A stretch of DNA of 62,928 nt, counting the filler, from Octopus bimaculoides (lineage: Eukaryota), in NCBI RefSeq assembly GCF_001194135.2. It is 5 parts of 4 records of this genome, joined end to end, with 100 filler letters (N's around TTAATTAATTAA, not from the genome) between each part and the next. Parts side by side here need not be neighbours in the genome. Positions count along the whole stretch, not along the records: positions 5,859 to 29,280 come from NC_068983.1; 4 more parts are not named here. The stretch is one strand, 5' to 3'. Under the pieces are notes generated by a model. The model saw only the letters and a program-made list of their open reading frames with translations. It was not told where the DNA came from and did not search any database. Position 1 is the first letter of the stretch. Each line of letters opens with the position of its first letter. Shown here piece after piece: positions 12,351 through 25,299 of the stretch. The position numbers were made by a program, and so were the translations under genes.

Positions 12351-12565
12351 TAAGGTGGTGAGTTGGCAGAATCGTTAGCGCGCCGGGCAAAATACTCTGC
12401 GGCATTTCGTCCATCTTCATGTTCTGAGTTCAAACTCCGCCGAGGTTGACTTTCCTTTTCATCTCTTTCGGGATCGATAAAATAAATATCAGCAGAGCAG
12501 TGGGGTTGATGTAATCGACTTACCCCCTCCACCGAACTTACTGGCATTGTGCCAAAATTTGAACC
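12351..12565 (+). mobile_element. SINE family C (TAAGGCGGCGAGCTGGCAGAA-type head)
   Basis: A-box-like head, B-box gagttcaaa, and the shared body gtcgactttgcctttcatcc. About ten copies in the window. Confidence 0.8.
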
Positions 12566-13569
12566 CTATATATATATATATACGCTGTATACTAATTCAT
12601 GCTGGATCACGCTTTTTTTTTACCCACGTCATCCTACTCTGAAAATCGAAGTGGGTTGTGGGTCAAAAGAGGGTTTTGAGAAATGTTCTCTTTCAACAGA
12701 ATGTTCTAAGAGTGCTGTAGCTTGCTTGAAGTATTGTGATACAGAGGTAAAATAAATGACAACAGACAGAAGGTTTGTAGTAATGCAAAAAGGGCTAGTT
12801 AAGTAACGTTTATATATTTCAGGCACAAAGGACCATCATCAGAATGGACATCTGAGAAATGTGGGTTTAAGTTAATCCTTCGAATTCGATTACCAATATT
12901 TGTCTAATTGAAATTCCTATCTTCTCTGTGATACATGAAATGTCTTTAACTTATTGTAGTTTGTCTCTTTTCCTTGACTATTTTTATTATCTACATTTTG
13001 TATGCTTCTACCTCTATATACATCACCTAATCGGAAATAATCCAACACAATCACAAAATCGACGAAGAAACGTTTAAGGGGAGATAACTTTTTTTATTAG
13101 ATTCTGCTGTTACTTCTCTTTAAATTGAACATGCTTTTTAATGCAGGTGATTGAATATATGCATACACTAAAAATCATTTAGAAAACAAAATGCAAATAA
13201 CAGACTAATTTAACATAGCATGTTTATAAATACAATAAGAACTGAACATATCTTCTGTCCTGTGAGTACAGTGTGTTGAAAGACACTGCTTGATGGTCAG
13301 TCGAAATCTCTTACTATTCTTTTATAGATTTCGAATCACTATGGATTTTTACTTTATTACATCAACCTTAATACTTTGCCTGCTATTTATTTTATCGGCC
13401 TCAGAAGGGATCTGAAAGAATAAATTAATTGGCCGTGAAAGAAAGCAACTGAGACGAATCTAAATTCTGTTAGATATCTTCTTTTGAGGGTACCATTTCT
13501 TACCTTATCATGTATATACAGATGTGTGTGTGTGTGCGCGTGCGCGCGCATGTGTGCGTGCGTGCACAT

Positions 13570-13718
13570 ATACAATATTATATACAATATTATATACATG
13601 TAATATTACATACATATAATATTATATACATATAATATTATATACATGTAATATTACATACATATAATATTATATACATATAATATTATATACATTATAT
13701 ACATATTATATACAATAT
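13570..13718. repeat. AT-rich minisatellite (~17-bp unit taatattatatacata)
   Basis: Directly visible tandem units. Confidence 0.85.
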
Positions 13719-14350
13719 TATATACATAGTGAGCCCGAATGGTCATGTAGTTAGGAAGAACATTCCGCGATAACCTGACTCCTCGTTTGAACCAAGGATC
13801 ACATTATTGCGAAGCGAATTTTTAGCTACATGACCAGTCCAGCCTACTAGGTATATAATCTAATACCACAGTAACCTTTTAAGTGATCAATAAAATTAAT
13901 GCCAGCAAAATATAGTAGTCTGTTCCATCGATTCTACCCTTCTTCGACAAGCATTAAATATCTACCTAATCAAAAGAAATCAATAATTTCCATTATCGTA
14001 GTGTCTATTGATACAAGGGAGATAAGTTTTTATTGTCCAGAACGCTATTATTCGTGGCTGAAGTCTTAGTTGAAATGCAATGGTCGAAAGCACAGCCAAC
14101 GTTAGTACATTTTATGCAAGGAATATTAACTAGAAATAGTTACATGGTACAGGAAAAGCAATATTAGTCTACGACTAAGATCATCTTCATTTGTTCGAAA
14201 AGTATGGGAGACAAAACAGGTCATTTTCAGGTTTATTGTGGACCTCACTAGCAGAATGTATCCTTCACAGTTCTTGCCTAAACATTGATACAATAATTAC
14301 CAAGTATTCTTCTTATACTTTGTTTAACTAGTAGAGTCCCTAGTGCACCC

Positions 14351-14463
<113 letters not shown>

Positions 14464-14785
14464 TTAAGACATCGAAATGTTTCAGTCTCTAATATATTGA
14501 GAACATTTTCATATTTAAAGAAAATAAGACAAAATACAGCAAATATAACTTAAAATAGTATATGATATAGATTGAAATGATGCAATTAATAAAGATAATC
14601 AAATAGTTTTGACTTAATACATGAAATAGGAAGTGAAATAAGGAGTGAATCATTGAACGGATGGATGGATGGATGGATGGATGGATGGATGGATGGATGG
14701 ATGTGTGAGTATGTATGTATGTATGTAGGTAGGTAGGTAGGTAGGTAGGCAGGCAGGCAGGCAGGCAAGCAGGCAAGTAGATAAG

Positions 14786-14951
14786 TACCGTATTTTAACG
14801 TGTATAAGGAAACCCTTTTTTGTCAAAAATTTAGGTTTAAAAAATATGGGAGTTTCTTAAATATGAATAGTATTGTAATCCCTTACAAAACGTTTTATCC
14901 AAATTTTAAGCCCAAAATTTAGGATTTCCTTGTACACGTTAAAATACGGTA
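14786..14951. mobile_element. TA-flanked Tc1/pogo-superfamily MITE
   Basis: TIRs TACCGTATTTTAACGTGTATAAGGAAA / TTTCCTTGTACACGTTAAAATACGGTA, inserted in a GATA/GTAG microsatellite. Confidence 0.9.
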
Positions 14952-15489
14952 GATAGGTATGAATATATAATTCTCTGTTGCTTCACCAGGGGCGATAAAT
15001 TATGTGCTCATTACAAATGAAGAGTATTCTTTAATACATTATGACAGAAAGGCTCTTATTTCCAGTACTCAGAGTTGCTCCTTTTCGATCATCAGCTAGA
15101 AAACCGAGCCTTCTTTTCCTTTGAATATACACTGTCCGAATACTTTTGAAATATGAAATGGGCGTTTGAAGGAGAAGCTCATCCTTATGTTCTTCCGTTT
15201 AAAAACCTTTGTGAACGACATGTGCGGAAACGGTTTTCATTTCATTTCTGGTCCTCGTGGTAACACTATTGTAAACGTCATGGAATCCATACAATCGAAA
15301 TGGTGAAAGTGCGTGGTTGTTTAAGCAATGTTGCGAAATAATAGTTTTAATTAAAGAGTGTGTATGCGTTACTCATTTTGCATGCGCCTGAGTAAACGCA
15401 TACATATATACATATGTACACACATCTACGCATATATATACAGAGAATTACATATTCATGTATATCTATACATATAAATTTGACATGGG

Positions 15490-15556
15490 CGATTCTTTCT
15501 TGGTCAAACGGCTGGGTGAAATTGCGCGAAAAATTACACAGATGTCATTCTTGACA

Positions 15557-15596
<40 letters not shown>

Positions 15597-17070
15597 CGTC
15601 CTGTCTGAACATTAATGTGGTTTCCGATCTGGAAAGGGAATAATGGATATGATTTTCACAGCGAGACAGAGGCAGGAGAAGTGCTATGAGCAGAATATGG
15701 ATCTTGCCCAGGTATTCATTGATTTAACCAAGGCCTTTGATACTGTGAATAGAGCCTCCCTATGGAAAATACTTAGCAAACTTGGGTGTCCGGATCACTT
15801 TGTATCAATAATCAAATCATTTCATGATGGAATGGAGACTTGGCTCAATGTTGGTGGTGGCATGGCGGAATCCATTCCTGTAGAGAATGATGTCAAGCAG
15901 GATGACAACTCTCTTTTTTATGTACTTTACTGCTACTCTTACTGGTGCTTTTGCTGTGGACAGATCTTCTGTGATATATGTTAGGTATCGATCTTCTGGC
16001 CGTCTTTTTAACCTGCGTCGATTTGCTGCCAATTCATGTTTTCCAGTCTCTTATTCATGAACCCCTTTATGCAGATGACTGTGATTTAGTCACTCATGCA
16101 GCGGATAATATGCAAATATTTGTGAATCATATTTCTGTTTCTTGCAAGGCATCTGGACTCAGCATTAGCCTGGACAAGATTGTTGTAATAGTCCAGCCTA
16201 CACCAGGAAACCCATATGTGGAACCAGCTATCTTGGTTGAAGGAACAATACTGAAAGTGGTAGACAAGTTTGTCTACCTGAACAGCACACTCAGCCGTTC
16301 TTGCTCTCTGCATGATGAAATATCTTTCAGGCTGCAGAGAACAACTGATCCCTTCAGGTCTCTTGAATTTCGTGTCTGGTCCCAACATGGTATTACAAGG
16401 CGAACAAAAATTGCTATGTGCCGTGCATGTGTACTGACATCGCTCCTTTACTCACGTGAGACATGGACCCTTTACAAACATCATGTAAGGGCCCATGAAC
16501 GCTTCCATCAGAGATATCTGAGACACATTCTGGATGTTAGTTGGGCCTTAAAAACTCCAGATACACAGGTCCTGAGGAAAGCCGTTATCCTGAGTATTGA
16601 GGCGATGTTGCGCAAACACCGTTGGACTGGACATCTTGTTAGAATGAATGATAGCAGGATCCCTAAACAGGTGCTATGTGAGGAAAGCGACCCCGGAAAA
16701 ATCCAAGACTGCAGTTTAAGGACTGTGTAAAGTCCTCGTTAAAGGCCTGTGGAATGTGGGAGGCTGACTGGGAGAGCAATGCTTGTCATCGCCATGGATG
16801 GAGGAAACATCTAAAGGAGGGAATTGATAAATTTGAAAGAGCTCGTACTCTTCATGAAGAATTTAAGCGTGCTACTTGAAAATGCATAGCTAGTGTAATG
16901 AATGGGGAAAGCTTGGTCTGCAATGTTTGCAATCGTGTATGTTTGTCAAGATCGGGGCTCGTTAGTCACCAACGGAGCCGTAGGTGTGAAGTATAAGGTA
17001 GCCTTGAGCGCACAATTTTCCTAAAGGTCAGTAATGGTTTTCCTCGGTCACGAATGGACGGCAATCATGT
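15490..17070 (+). mobile_element. RTE (BovB-like) LINE, 5'-truncated and decayed
   Basis: CGFR..GIMDMIFTARQRQEKC, FIDLTKAFDTVNR, LYADDCDL, KFVYLNS, LLYSRETW, RWTGHLVRMNDSRIPKQ, and a C-terminal C2H2 (CNVCNRVCLSRSGLVSHQRS). Contains frameshifts. Confidence 0.95.
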
Positions 17071-17170
17071 ATGTAAGCATGTATATGTATGTGTAGGGTG
17101 GAGAGGATGAATGGATGGATGGATTAGGCGCATATGTCTGAATCTGAGTATATATATATTATCTATATTC

Positions 17171-17383
17171 TTTTCTGCTCTAGGCACAAGGCCCGAAATT
17201 TGGGAGGGAAGGTCTAGTCGATTACCTTGACCCCAGTACGTAATTGGTACTTAATTTATCGACCCCGAAAGGATGAAATGCAAAGTCGACCTCGGCGGAA
17301 TTTGAACTCAGAACGTATAGACAGACGAAATACCGCTAAGCATTTCGCCCCGCGAGCTAACGATTCTGCCAGCTCGTCGCCTT
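17171..17383 (-). mobile_element. SINE family C
   Basis: Reverse complement of the family C consensus. Confidence 0.85.
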
Positions 17384-17413
17384 ATATATATTATTTATAT
17401 TATATTATACTAT

Positions 17414-17633
17414 ATTAAGGCAGTGACTTGACAGAATCGTTAGCACGCAGGACAAACTGCTTACCGACATTTCGTCCGTCTGTACATTCTGAGTTCAAAT
17501 TCCGTCGAGGTCGGTTTTGCCTTTTATCTTTTAGAGGTCGGTGAATTAAGTACCAGTCGAACACTGGAGTAGATGTAATCCAATAACCACTTCCTCTAAA
17601 ATAACTTCAGCCCTTATGTCTATGATAGAAAGG
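17414..17633 (+). mobile_element. SINE family C
   Basis: Head ttaaggcagtgacttgacagaatcgttagc, divergently oriented to the previous copy. Confidence 0.8.
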
Positions 17634-17934
17634 AATATATATATAGATATAAATTCCAAGGATCGAGGTGTAGGAAGAAAAGTTAGCTTCAAGCAATACG
17701 TAGTAAATATTAAAAACAACTTTCAGGAACAATAGTGGTTTATTGAGACGGAAGGCTGTGGATTTTTTTCTTATCGAAGCAACCAGGAGACGCCGTAAAA
17801 CTATCGACAACAGGACAAGGGAAATAACTTTTACATTTTATTATGCTATTACTTTGCCTTGATAATAAATTGTTATTACTTCTATCCATTCATCTATGAG
17901 TATAATGTTTTTTCATATAGTAGGAATGGTTTGG

Positions 17935-18150
17935 GACGGCAAGGTAGCACATTCGTTAGCACGCCGGGCAAAATGCTAAGCAGCATTTCATCTGTCTTTA
18001 CGTTCTGAGATCAAATTCGACCGAGGTCGACTTTGCCTTTCATCCTTTCGTGGTCAATAAAATAAATTCTAGTTGAGCACTGGAGGGCATCTAATCGACT
18101 TAGCACCTTCCCTGAAATTTCTGGCCTTGCGCCAATATTTGAAAACAATA
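17935..18150 (+). mobile_element. SINE family C
   Basis: cgttagcacgccgggcaaaatgct...gaggtcgactttgcctttcatcc. Confidence 0.8.
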
Positions 18151-18344
18151 TTTAAGCAGAGGTTTCTAATAAATGCACAGGACTGAAATATGGGTATAAT
18201 GGGAGGGATTTAGAGTCTAATCTATAGACTATTAAATCGACCGCGATTGACTAGTATTTTATTTTATCTATCTCGGTGGGATAAGAGGCGAAAATGACCA
18301 CAGCAGAAAAGAGAGGAAAAAATTTAAGCATTTTATCTGATTAA

Positions 18345-18690
18345 ATTCATCCTATGGTTGCGGAACTGTTTCCGGAGGGGAAAGCAATTTTTCAGGATGC
18401 ACCAATTCACAGAGCTAAAATTGTTACTGAATGGCACGAGGAACATTCTAGTGAACATCTCATCTGGCCACCACAGTCCCCAGATCTCAATATTATTGAA
18501 CATTTATGGTGCATTTTAGAAAAACAAGTAAAGAGTCGATATCCTCCACCATCATCACTACAAGAACTGGAGACTGTTTTAGCTGAAGAATGGAGAAAAA
18601 TTCCTTTGGAAACAATTCAAACTTTGTAGGAGTCCATACCTCGTAGAATTCAAGCTGTAATTACTGCCAAAGGTGGTCCTACCCCATATT
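18345..18690 (+). mobile_element. Tc1 (DD34E-type) transposase C-terminal fragment
   Basis: IFQD-APIHRAK...WPPQSPDLNIIEHLW...SIPRRIQAVITAKGGPTPY*. A Tc1-like TIR start (ggggttggacaaaataatggaaacac) follows at about 18716 and runs into a gap. Confidence 0.9.
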
Positions 18691-18979
18691 GAAATTAATA
18701 TATATATATATATGGCGGGGTTGGACAAAATAATGGAAACACCTTANNNNNNNNNNNNNNNNNNNNNNNNNNNNNNNNNNNNNNNNNNNNNNNNNNNNNN
18801 NNNNNNNNNNNNNNNNNNNNNNNNNNNNNNNNNNNNNNNNNNNNNNNNNNNNNNNNNNNNNNNNNNNNNNNNNNNNATATATATATATATATATATAAAG
18901 TTTTAACGTTCTACCTTACTTCTACTGCTTATAGCAGTGCTTGGAAGGAAAGTGTGTAGCGTGTGATCGTCGCATTGAC

Positions 18980-19285
18980 CATGACAGAGAAAGTTGTCAT
19001 GGCGATACCTGCTCAGAGGCCTACGCAAAGTTGCAAAATGTATATGGTGAGAAGTGTATGAGCCGCACACAAGTGTACAAGTAGTTCAGTTGTTTTCAGG
19101 GTAGCCTGAAAAATGTCGATACTGATGAACGTTCTGAGAAACCCGCAACCGGCAGAACTGAGGAAAACATCGCAGATGTGCGAGAAGCTGTGAGGGGAAA
19201 TCATCGAATCACCATCTGTCAGTTATCAGAATATGTGCAGATTCGTTACGGTTCAGTTCAGTCCATTATCACTGAAGGTTTGGGT
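18980..19285 (+). mobile_element. mariner transposase N-terminal (HTH) fragment
   Basis: EAYAKLQNVYGEKCMSRTQVYK*F..F..S..NVDTDERSEKP...NHRITICQLSEYVQIRYGSVQSIITEGLG. Confidence 0.8.
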
Positions 19286-19394
19286 ACTGTACTTGTTTCT
19301 CGTGTGTTTACGCATTTTTCTCTCGTTGATGTCCTGTACTTAATGTGTATTATATATATATATGTATGTATGTATGTTTTATATACATATATAA

Positions 19395-19481
<87 letters not shown>

Positions 19482-20379
19482 TATGTGTACGTGTGTGTAT
19501 CTGTATATGTATATATCTGAATATATATGTGTGAATAAAATGTTTAAAATAAAGCAATAGAAAATGAAAATCAATGGAAAAGTAAGGGAAATATAAATTA
19601 AAAATAAACAAGCGTAGACATAAAGATAGACAGGTGAGGGAAACGATACAAAAAGCAGGATGTGCACGAAAGGGTGTTTAAGGGGGAAGGAGATAGAGAG
19701 GGTGTATTGTAATGGTCATTATTTTAATTCAGTTCTTAAAGATAACACCTGGAGTTGAGAAAGTATGTGTGGCTTATGACCCTACGTTAAATTGGTAACA
19801 CCTAGTAGATAAAAGAAAGCATAAGTAACATAGGATTTAAAGGTCACAATATATAACCTCAGTTATAGGTAGGATCAACAAATTACTTCATCCGGTGAGA
19901 AATAAATATCATTCAATATATACAATTTACAAAAGAGTGACAAATAGTTTCGTGCTTTAGAGACACAATAATTTGGCAGGTTCATATAACATATGTATGT
20001 ATCTCCAAGCAATCTTTCAGGCTCAAAACATATCGTTAGATGCATTTAAAAACCAAGATGCTAGTCTATAAGAAAATATGAGAGAAAAACAGGAAGAAAA
20101 AAGTGAAGAAGGTAAAGGTAAAAATGGGGAACGAGAAGAAAAAAAACTAAAAAGGAAATAAAAAGAAAGTAAACCAAGATTTTCTTCCCCTTTGTCTGTA
20201 GAAACTATAATTAGATCGTACTGGGGTCGATCTAATCGACTTAATCCCTTTGTCCTTGTTTGTCCCCTCTATGTTTAGCCCCTTGTGGGCAATAAAGAAG
20301 TAAGAAACCATAATGAATCTAGCGATATATAATAATATAACAGAGAGGAGGCTAAGGTCTATGTGATAGCTACTCAATC

Positions 20380-20830
20380 CGGGGCGGGTAGTAAACTCCA
20401 GTTCGACAAAAGAAACTTGTTAATGTGCTCGCATTTGCTAAAAAGTTCGGACCTGGAATTAAGTAGTGTGGCGGATTTTTTATTTTTTATTTATTTTTTT
20501 ACCTAAAATGAATGTGCGATCTTTTAACTACGTATAACTTGCATCTCATTGAACCATTCATATATGGAGTGGATTTCTCCACGATTCTTGATTGCATGTG
20601 GTATGCAGTTGGTTTTCAGATCCCATACATGGCTAGCCAACTTAATCTTCATAAATGTGTCGGGAAAAAGATTGGTGCTTTGCACAACGGCTTTTAAAAT
20701 TGCCTTCGCATAAATCGACGTAATATTTTATGTCAATTACGTTGTCTTGGGGCACTGCTGCAACATCGGTTTCATAAACAATTGTGTTTATCAAACATGC
20801 TGATCAAGCGGGAAAGTTTCAGGATCTCGA
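20380..20830 (-). mobile_element. Penelope-like element (Neptune-type) GIY-YIG/C-terminal fragment
   Basis: Minus-strand translation: NTIVYET...KYYVDLCEGNFKSRCAKHQSF, KLASHVWDLK, STPYMNGSMRCKL, LLNSRSELFSKCEHINKFLLSN. Confidence 0.75.
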
Positions 20831-21029
20831 CAGTTACAACTGAGAGTGGGTTCTTGGAGTGACTTACGAGTTATAATGTCTTTCATATTGGAGTAGTAGC
20901 TGTACGAAATGTGTATATATAGACACACACACACTCACACACAAATTTTTGTGTGTGCATAAGACAATTAAAATGAATACGGAGATTTTTACATCAGTAT
21001 ATTTTATATTTCTACATTCAGTTATACAG

Positions 21030-21764
21030 CATATTTGACTTAAATGTGTTCGGCGCATATTTCTGCAGCTTGACATTTCGGAATTGCATCTGCAACCAGT
21101 TACTCTGCGCAACTTTATTCAAGGTCCATCCACTGACGAGGTCTAAAAGCTTATTTGCCGACCTTCGTCTCTTCTATTTCCTCTGAGTTGATGCTAGTTC
21201 GTAAAACAAGAGCATTTAGAATTCAGGGTTTAACAGATAAGCTCGAACAGTTGCAATTCTCAAAATATTCTACACGCTCGAATTCTCAGGGATGGAAGAC
21301 TTCTAGAAAGCATTCTTTCAGTCCTCGTAAGAGACCGTTGTTGTTTTGTTGGTATCATAATCGTTTTGGTGTTAATGCACACAAGTGTATTCAACTGTAT
21401 CCTTTCAAGTCGTCTACTGAACAGCAAGGGAAAAGCAAAGCCAGGTATTAGGTGAGGCTAAATTCTTTCACTACATACTTTCGCTACCCCTGACACTCGT
21501 TTCAAGAATAACCACGTAGACATTGTGGGTCCTCTTCCACCAGTTCAGGATAAAATGTATCTTTTGACCTGTATAGACCGTTTTTTTTTCAGATGGCCTG
21601 AAACCAAACCGATTAAAGATATTTCATCTCTTACAGCTACAAAGACCCTAATGGCCGAATGGATTTCACGCTCTGGAGCACCTACGGCAATAACGACCGA
21701 TAGGGGTTGTCAGTTCGAATCCAGTCTTTTCTAACCTGCTCGATACGCGTCGAATTCGTACGTG
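21030..21764 (+). mobile_element. Gypsy LTR retrotransposon remnant: gag C-terminus joined to integrase core
   Basis: CWYHNRFGVNAHKC (gag), then about 100 bp later HVDIVGPLP...YLLTCIDRF..WPE..P...TTDRGCQFES (integrase). No PR/RT/RH between them and no LTRs seen. Confidence 0.85.
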
Positions 21765-21930
21765 CAGGGCCGGACCTGGGGTTGTTGGCGCCCCGAGCAA
21801 GCTGAACTTCGGCGTGCACAAGCTGACAGTCGTAGAAATTTCCTTGTCATTGTCACACCCTCTTTGGCGCTCCCAAGCACATGGCGCGCCGGGCAACTTC
21901 TTGAGTTGCCGGTACCTCGAGCCGGCCCTA
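21765..21930. mobile_element. GC-rich hAT-type MITE
   Basis: Termini CAGGGCCGG / CCGGCCCTA and internal GGCGCCCC motifs. Candidate 8-bp TSD cgtacgtg / tgtatgtg. Confidence 0.7.
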
Positions 21931-22200
21931 TGTATGTGTGTATAAGTATGTATGTGTGTATAAGTATGTATGTGTGTANNNNNNNNNNTGTATGTGTGTA
22001 TAAGTATGTATGTGTGTATAAGTATGTATGTGTGTATATAAGTGTATGTTTGTACAAGTGTGTGTTTGTGTAAGTGTGAATATGTGTATTCATGTTGGGG
22101 TTGTTATTTTAATGGAATTTTTAAGCCTAAAAACAATTATATTTTATGTATATTCTGTATGTATATTTTGTATTATATGTGTATTGATTTTATATATATG

Positions 22201-23065
22201 TATCAGGTCATCCCATAAGTTCTGTCCGATTTTACCTTTTTTAAAATTGAATGAAATTTAATAGTATTTTAGAATGTCTAATGGAATTAAAAATTACTTT
22301 TATGCATTTATGTACATTTAAACTTTCTAACATGGAAGTATCCAAAGAGCATTTGAGGCACATAACGCTTTATGAGTACAAAAAAGGAAACTCTGCAGCC
22401 GAAGCGACTTGAAACATACACTCAGTTTATGGGAAAGAATGCTTGAATGAAAGAACTTGCAGAAGATGGTTTGCAAAATTCAGAAGTGGAGATTTCAGCC
22501 TTGAAGATGAAGATCGAACAGAACGTCCAGTTGAGTTTGATGATAAGCTCCTTGAGGTATTACTTGAAGAAATTCTGCATTATCAGTTGAAGAATTAGCA
22601 ATAAAGCTTAGTTCAAACCATACAACTATTCATCGTCATCTTCAACAACTTGGAAAGGTTCCTAAACTTGGAAAATGAGTGCCCCATGAATTATTCGAAA
22701 GCAACCTCAAATCCCGAGTTGACATCTGCTCTTCTCTCCATTCTCGCGAACTCATTTCACCCTTTTTGTATAGACTTGTGACTGGTGACGAAAAATGGAT
22801 CTTATATAGAAATGTTAAACGTCGTAAACAGTGGCTTGGTAAAAGGGGAAAAGCTCAAGCACAACCGAGAAGGGAACTTCATAGGAAAAAGGTTCTTCTC
22901 TCTATCTGGTGGGATTGCAAAGGAGTAATTCACTTTGAATTGTTACCACTTAATGCAACAATCCATGCTCAAGTCTACTGTCAGCAATTAGAGCGTTTGA
23001 ACCAAGTTTTGAAGAAAAAAAGACCCGCTTTAGTGAATCGAAAAGGCGTGATGCTTCATCAGGAC
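22201..23065 (+). mobile_element. mariner (Hsmar1/cecropia-like) element, 3'-truncated
   Basis: TA plus TIR-like TCAGGTCATCCCATAAGTT, ATG at 22332 (MEVSKEHLRH), VPHEL, VTGDEKW, KVLLSIWWD; ends at the second catalytic D (LHQD). Contains stops and a frameshift. Confidence 0.92.
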
Positions 23066-23264
23066 AGCAGCAGTAATTTTCTTCAGCTGAATAAACGTCA
23101 TTCATTGGTTAAAATTACCCAAATACAACAACTTTAACACGAAATAACTTCTAAAATACAAAATTTTGTCAAAAACGTTAAGAGTAAACGCTGTTCTACA
23201 TGACGCATTCTACCAGTATCCGAAGTTTCAGAGTGTTTAGTTAAAAAAGATTAATTTAAAAATC

Positions 23265-24234
23265 TGTACGTCAAATTGAATAGATCCTGAGTTAGGTGGC
23301 CAGATGTTAGGGTTAGTGTGGTTGCAGAAACTGTCTCACAGCCATGACTAGGTTCTTCTGCTTGTGTGTCATGGTGCTGAGTCCTGTTGCTGGACATAGG
23401 GTCTTCCAGCAGCCAACCTCTTGACCCAGGGTAGCACTTCCTCCTCCAGGCATTTGTTGTAGGTCTCCGTGTTGAGTCTGAGGCTGCGTGGGAAGATGAA
23501 TGGAGGCATAACGTCGTCATCACTAGTGATCCCTTCAAACGAGCATGATGTTGGCTGGATGTTTGATTTGTTTTTTATCACTCTCGGTACATGCTTTGAG
23601 AATATGGCAAGCCAACAGTTGTTTTGTGTGTTCACCATCTGATCCTGGCAGAAATTTTCCTCGTCTGAGAAAAACCAAACCATGTTTGGTTGGAGGGGGA
23701 TGCTTGAGTTTGTTCAAAAGCTTCGTAGCGCGGTCTTCCTCTTGTCCTTGATGGATTGGGATAAAAGTTGGCCCTTTTTCATCTTGTATGAAGAATACCG
23801 AATGTCTTCATGCACTACCTCCCTGATCAGAAACTCAGACACTCCCATGTCCCTGGCGATGGGACCTCACTGACTTGGTAGGATCGTAGTCAATTATGAC
23901 CCGGATCTCACCAATAAACTCAGGAGTTCATTCTTATCAGAACGATCAGAGTGGGTTTTTCGAGGTGCCATACCTTCGTAATCACCATTAGACTCATCCA
24001 ACTCTTTCTGAATCCTCTGCACTGTCCTCAGGTTGACACCCAAACACTCTGAAATGTACAGCATGTCGTTTCTAAATTTCTGGCAAAGTGAGTCGAATCA
24101 TAGTGCTGTTTTTCTCACAGACGGTGCCCAGCTGACCCTACTATACTGTGTAGTCGACAAAATCAAAAACAAACAATGCACATGCACGAAATTAAAAATA
24201 TAAAATGGCGACAATTTACCCATCGGGTCCTGTA
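23265..24234 (-). mobile_element. maT/DD37D-type Tc1-mariner element, decayed
   Basis: WFFSDEENFCQDQ..NTQNN.WLA, MPPFIFP..LRLNT..Y..CLEEEVLPW...AAGRPYV.QQDSAP, WPPNS. The 5' terminus TA-CAGGACCCGATGGGTAAATTGTCGCC is at 24234. Confidence 0.88.
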
Positions 24235-25299
24235 TATATGTATATATATACAATATTTCTTTATTCAGTATGTTGAAATTGTGTGACATTGTTCAAATTC
24301 CTTGGAAAGCTTCTCTGCCTTTAAGATGGAATGTACAAAAGGGATTTTTGTTTGTCTGTCCCCCCCACCACTTCACTTTACAGAACACTTTTCGAAAGCT
24401 ATGTAAAGAGAAATTGCAGGGTGGGCGGGGCGAAACAATGTTGTGGAAATACATTTAGAATGAGAAATAAGAGATAGCGTGACAGCAGACAAAGAATATT
24501 TAATGGGAAGTCTTTAATTACTTTTGTTAAATTGCTCGAAGAATTCTCAAATGTAATTCGATCTCTGGCAACAATTGCTCATAAGAATGACTCACCTAAT
24601 AAGTGCATCTTAAAACCTGGCAGAGCCTGCCAAAATTAGTGAAACTGATATCCATTTCTATTTGATAAAATTGTCATCTTATATTCTGCTGGTGATACAA
24701 AATTTTGACTATTGCACAGTATTATTATTATTCTTTGATTATTTTCATTTCTTGTATTTAAAAAAAATTGTATTTTCAATTTGTATTAGCTATCTTCTTG
24801 TTTTTTTTGTTTTTTACCAATTTTTATTTCCATGTATAAATTGCTTAAAATTTTTTACTTGAAAATTTGGTTTTCAATGTCTATTTAATCCCTTTTCATC
24901 TTCCCAATTTGTTTCATTTTACTTCATTAATTCGCTCTCATTAAATGGCTTTGAGAGATATATGGCCGAATTTTTTTTTTAGTCTATTTCTTAGAATTAT
25001 TTAATATAAAATTAAATTAAATTGTTTGACAAAGAGACATTGTATCGATAAAAACTCTGTGTTCATGCATACGCATCTGTGTGTGTGCATGTGCATGAAT
25101 ATATATGTGCGCTCACATGATCATGGTTGAAACACCTTTGATCATAGTTTATTCACTCATATCTAATCTGGAGCTAAATGATTGTTACAACACATCCTTA
25201 CAGTTTTTCTCCTTCCTAAACTATTCATAACACCCATAGGAGACTAGTCAGTGTATAAACTCTTTGGTCTAAATATATTCTGATTAGTCACAATAAAAA

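Noticed and set aside
12700-12864. Two possible mini-exons separated by a 76-nt GT-AG intron
   Set aside because: The second donor is weak and the peptide is unrecognisable and stops early; cannot be supported without RNA data.
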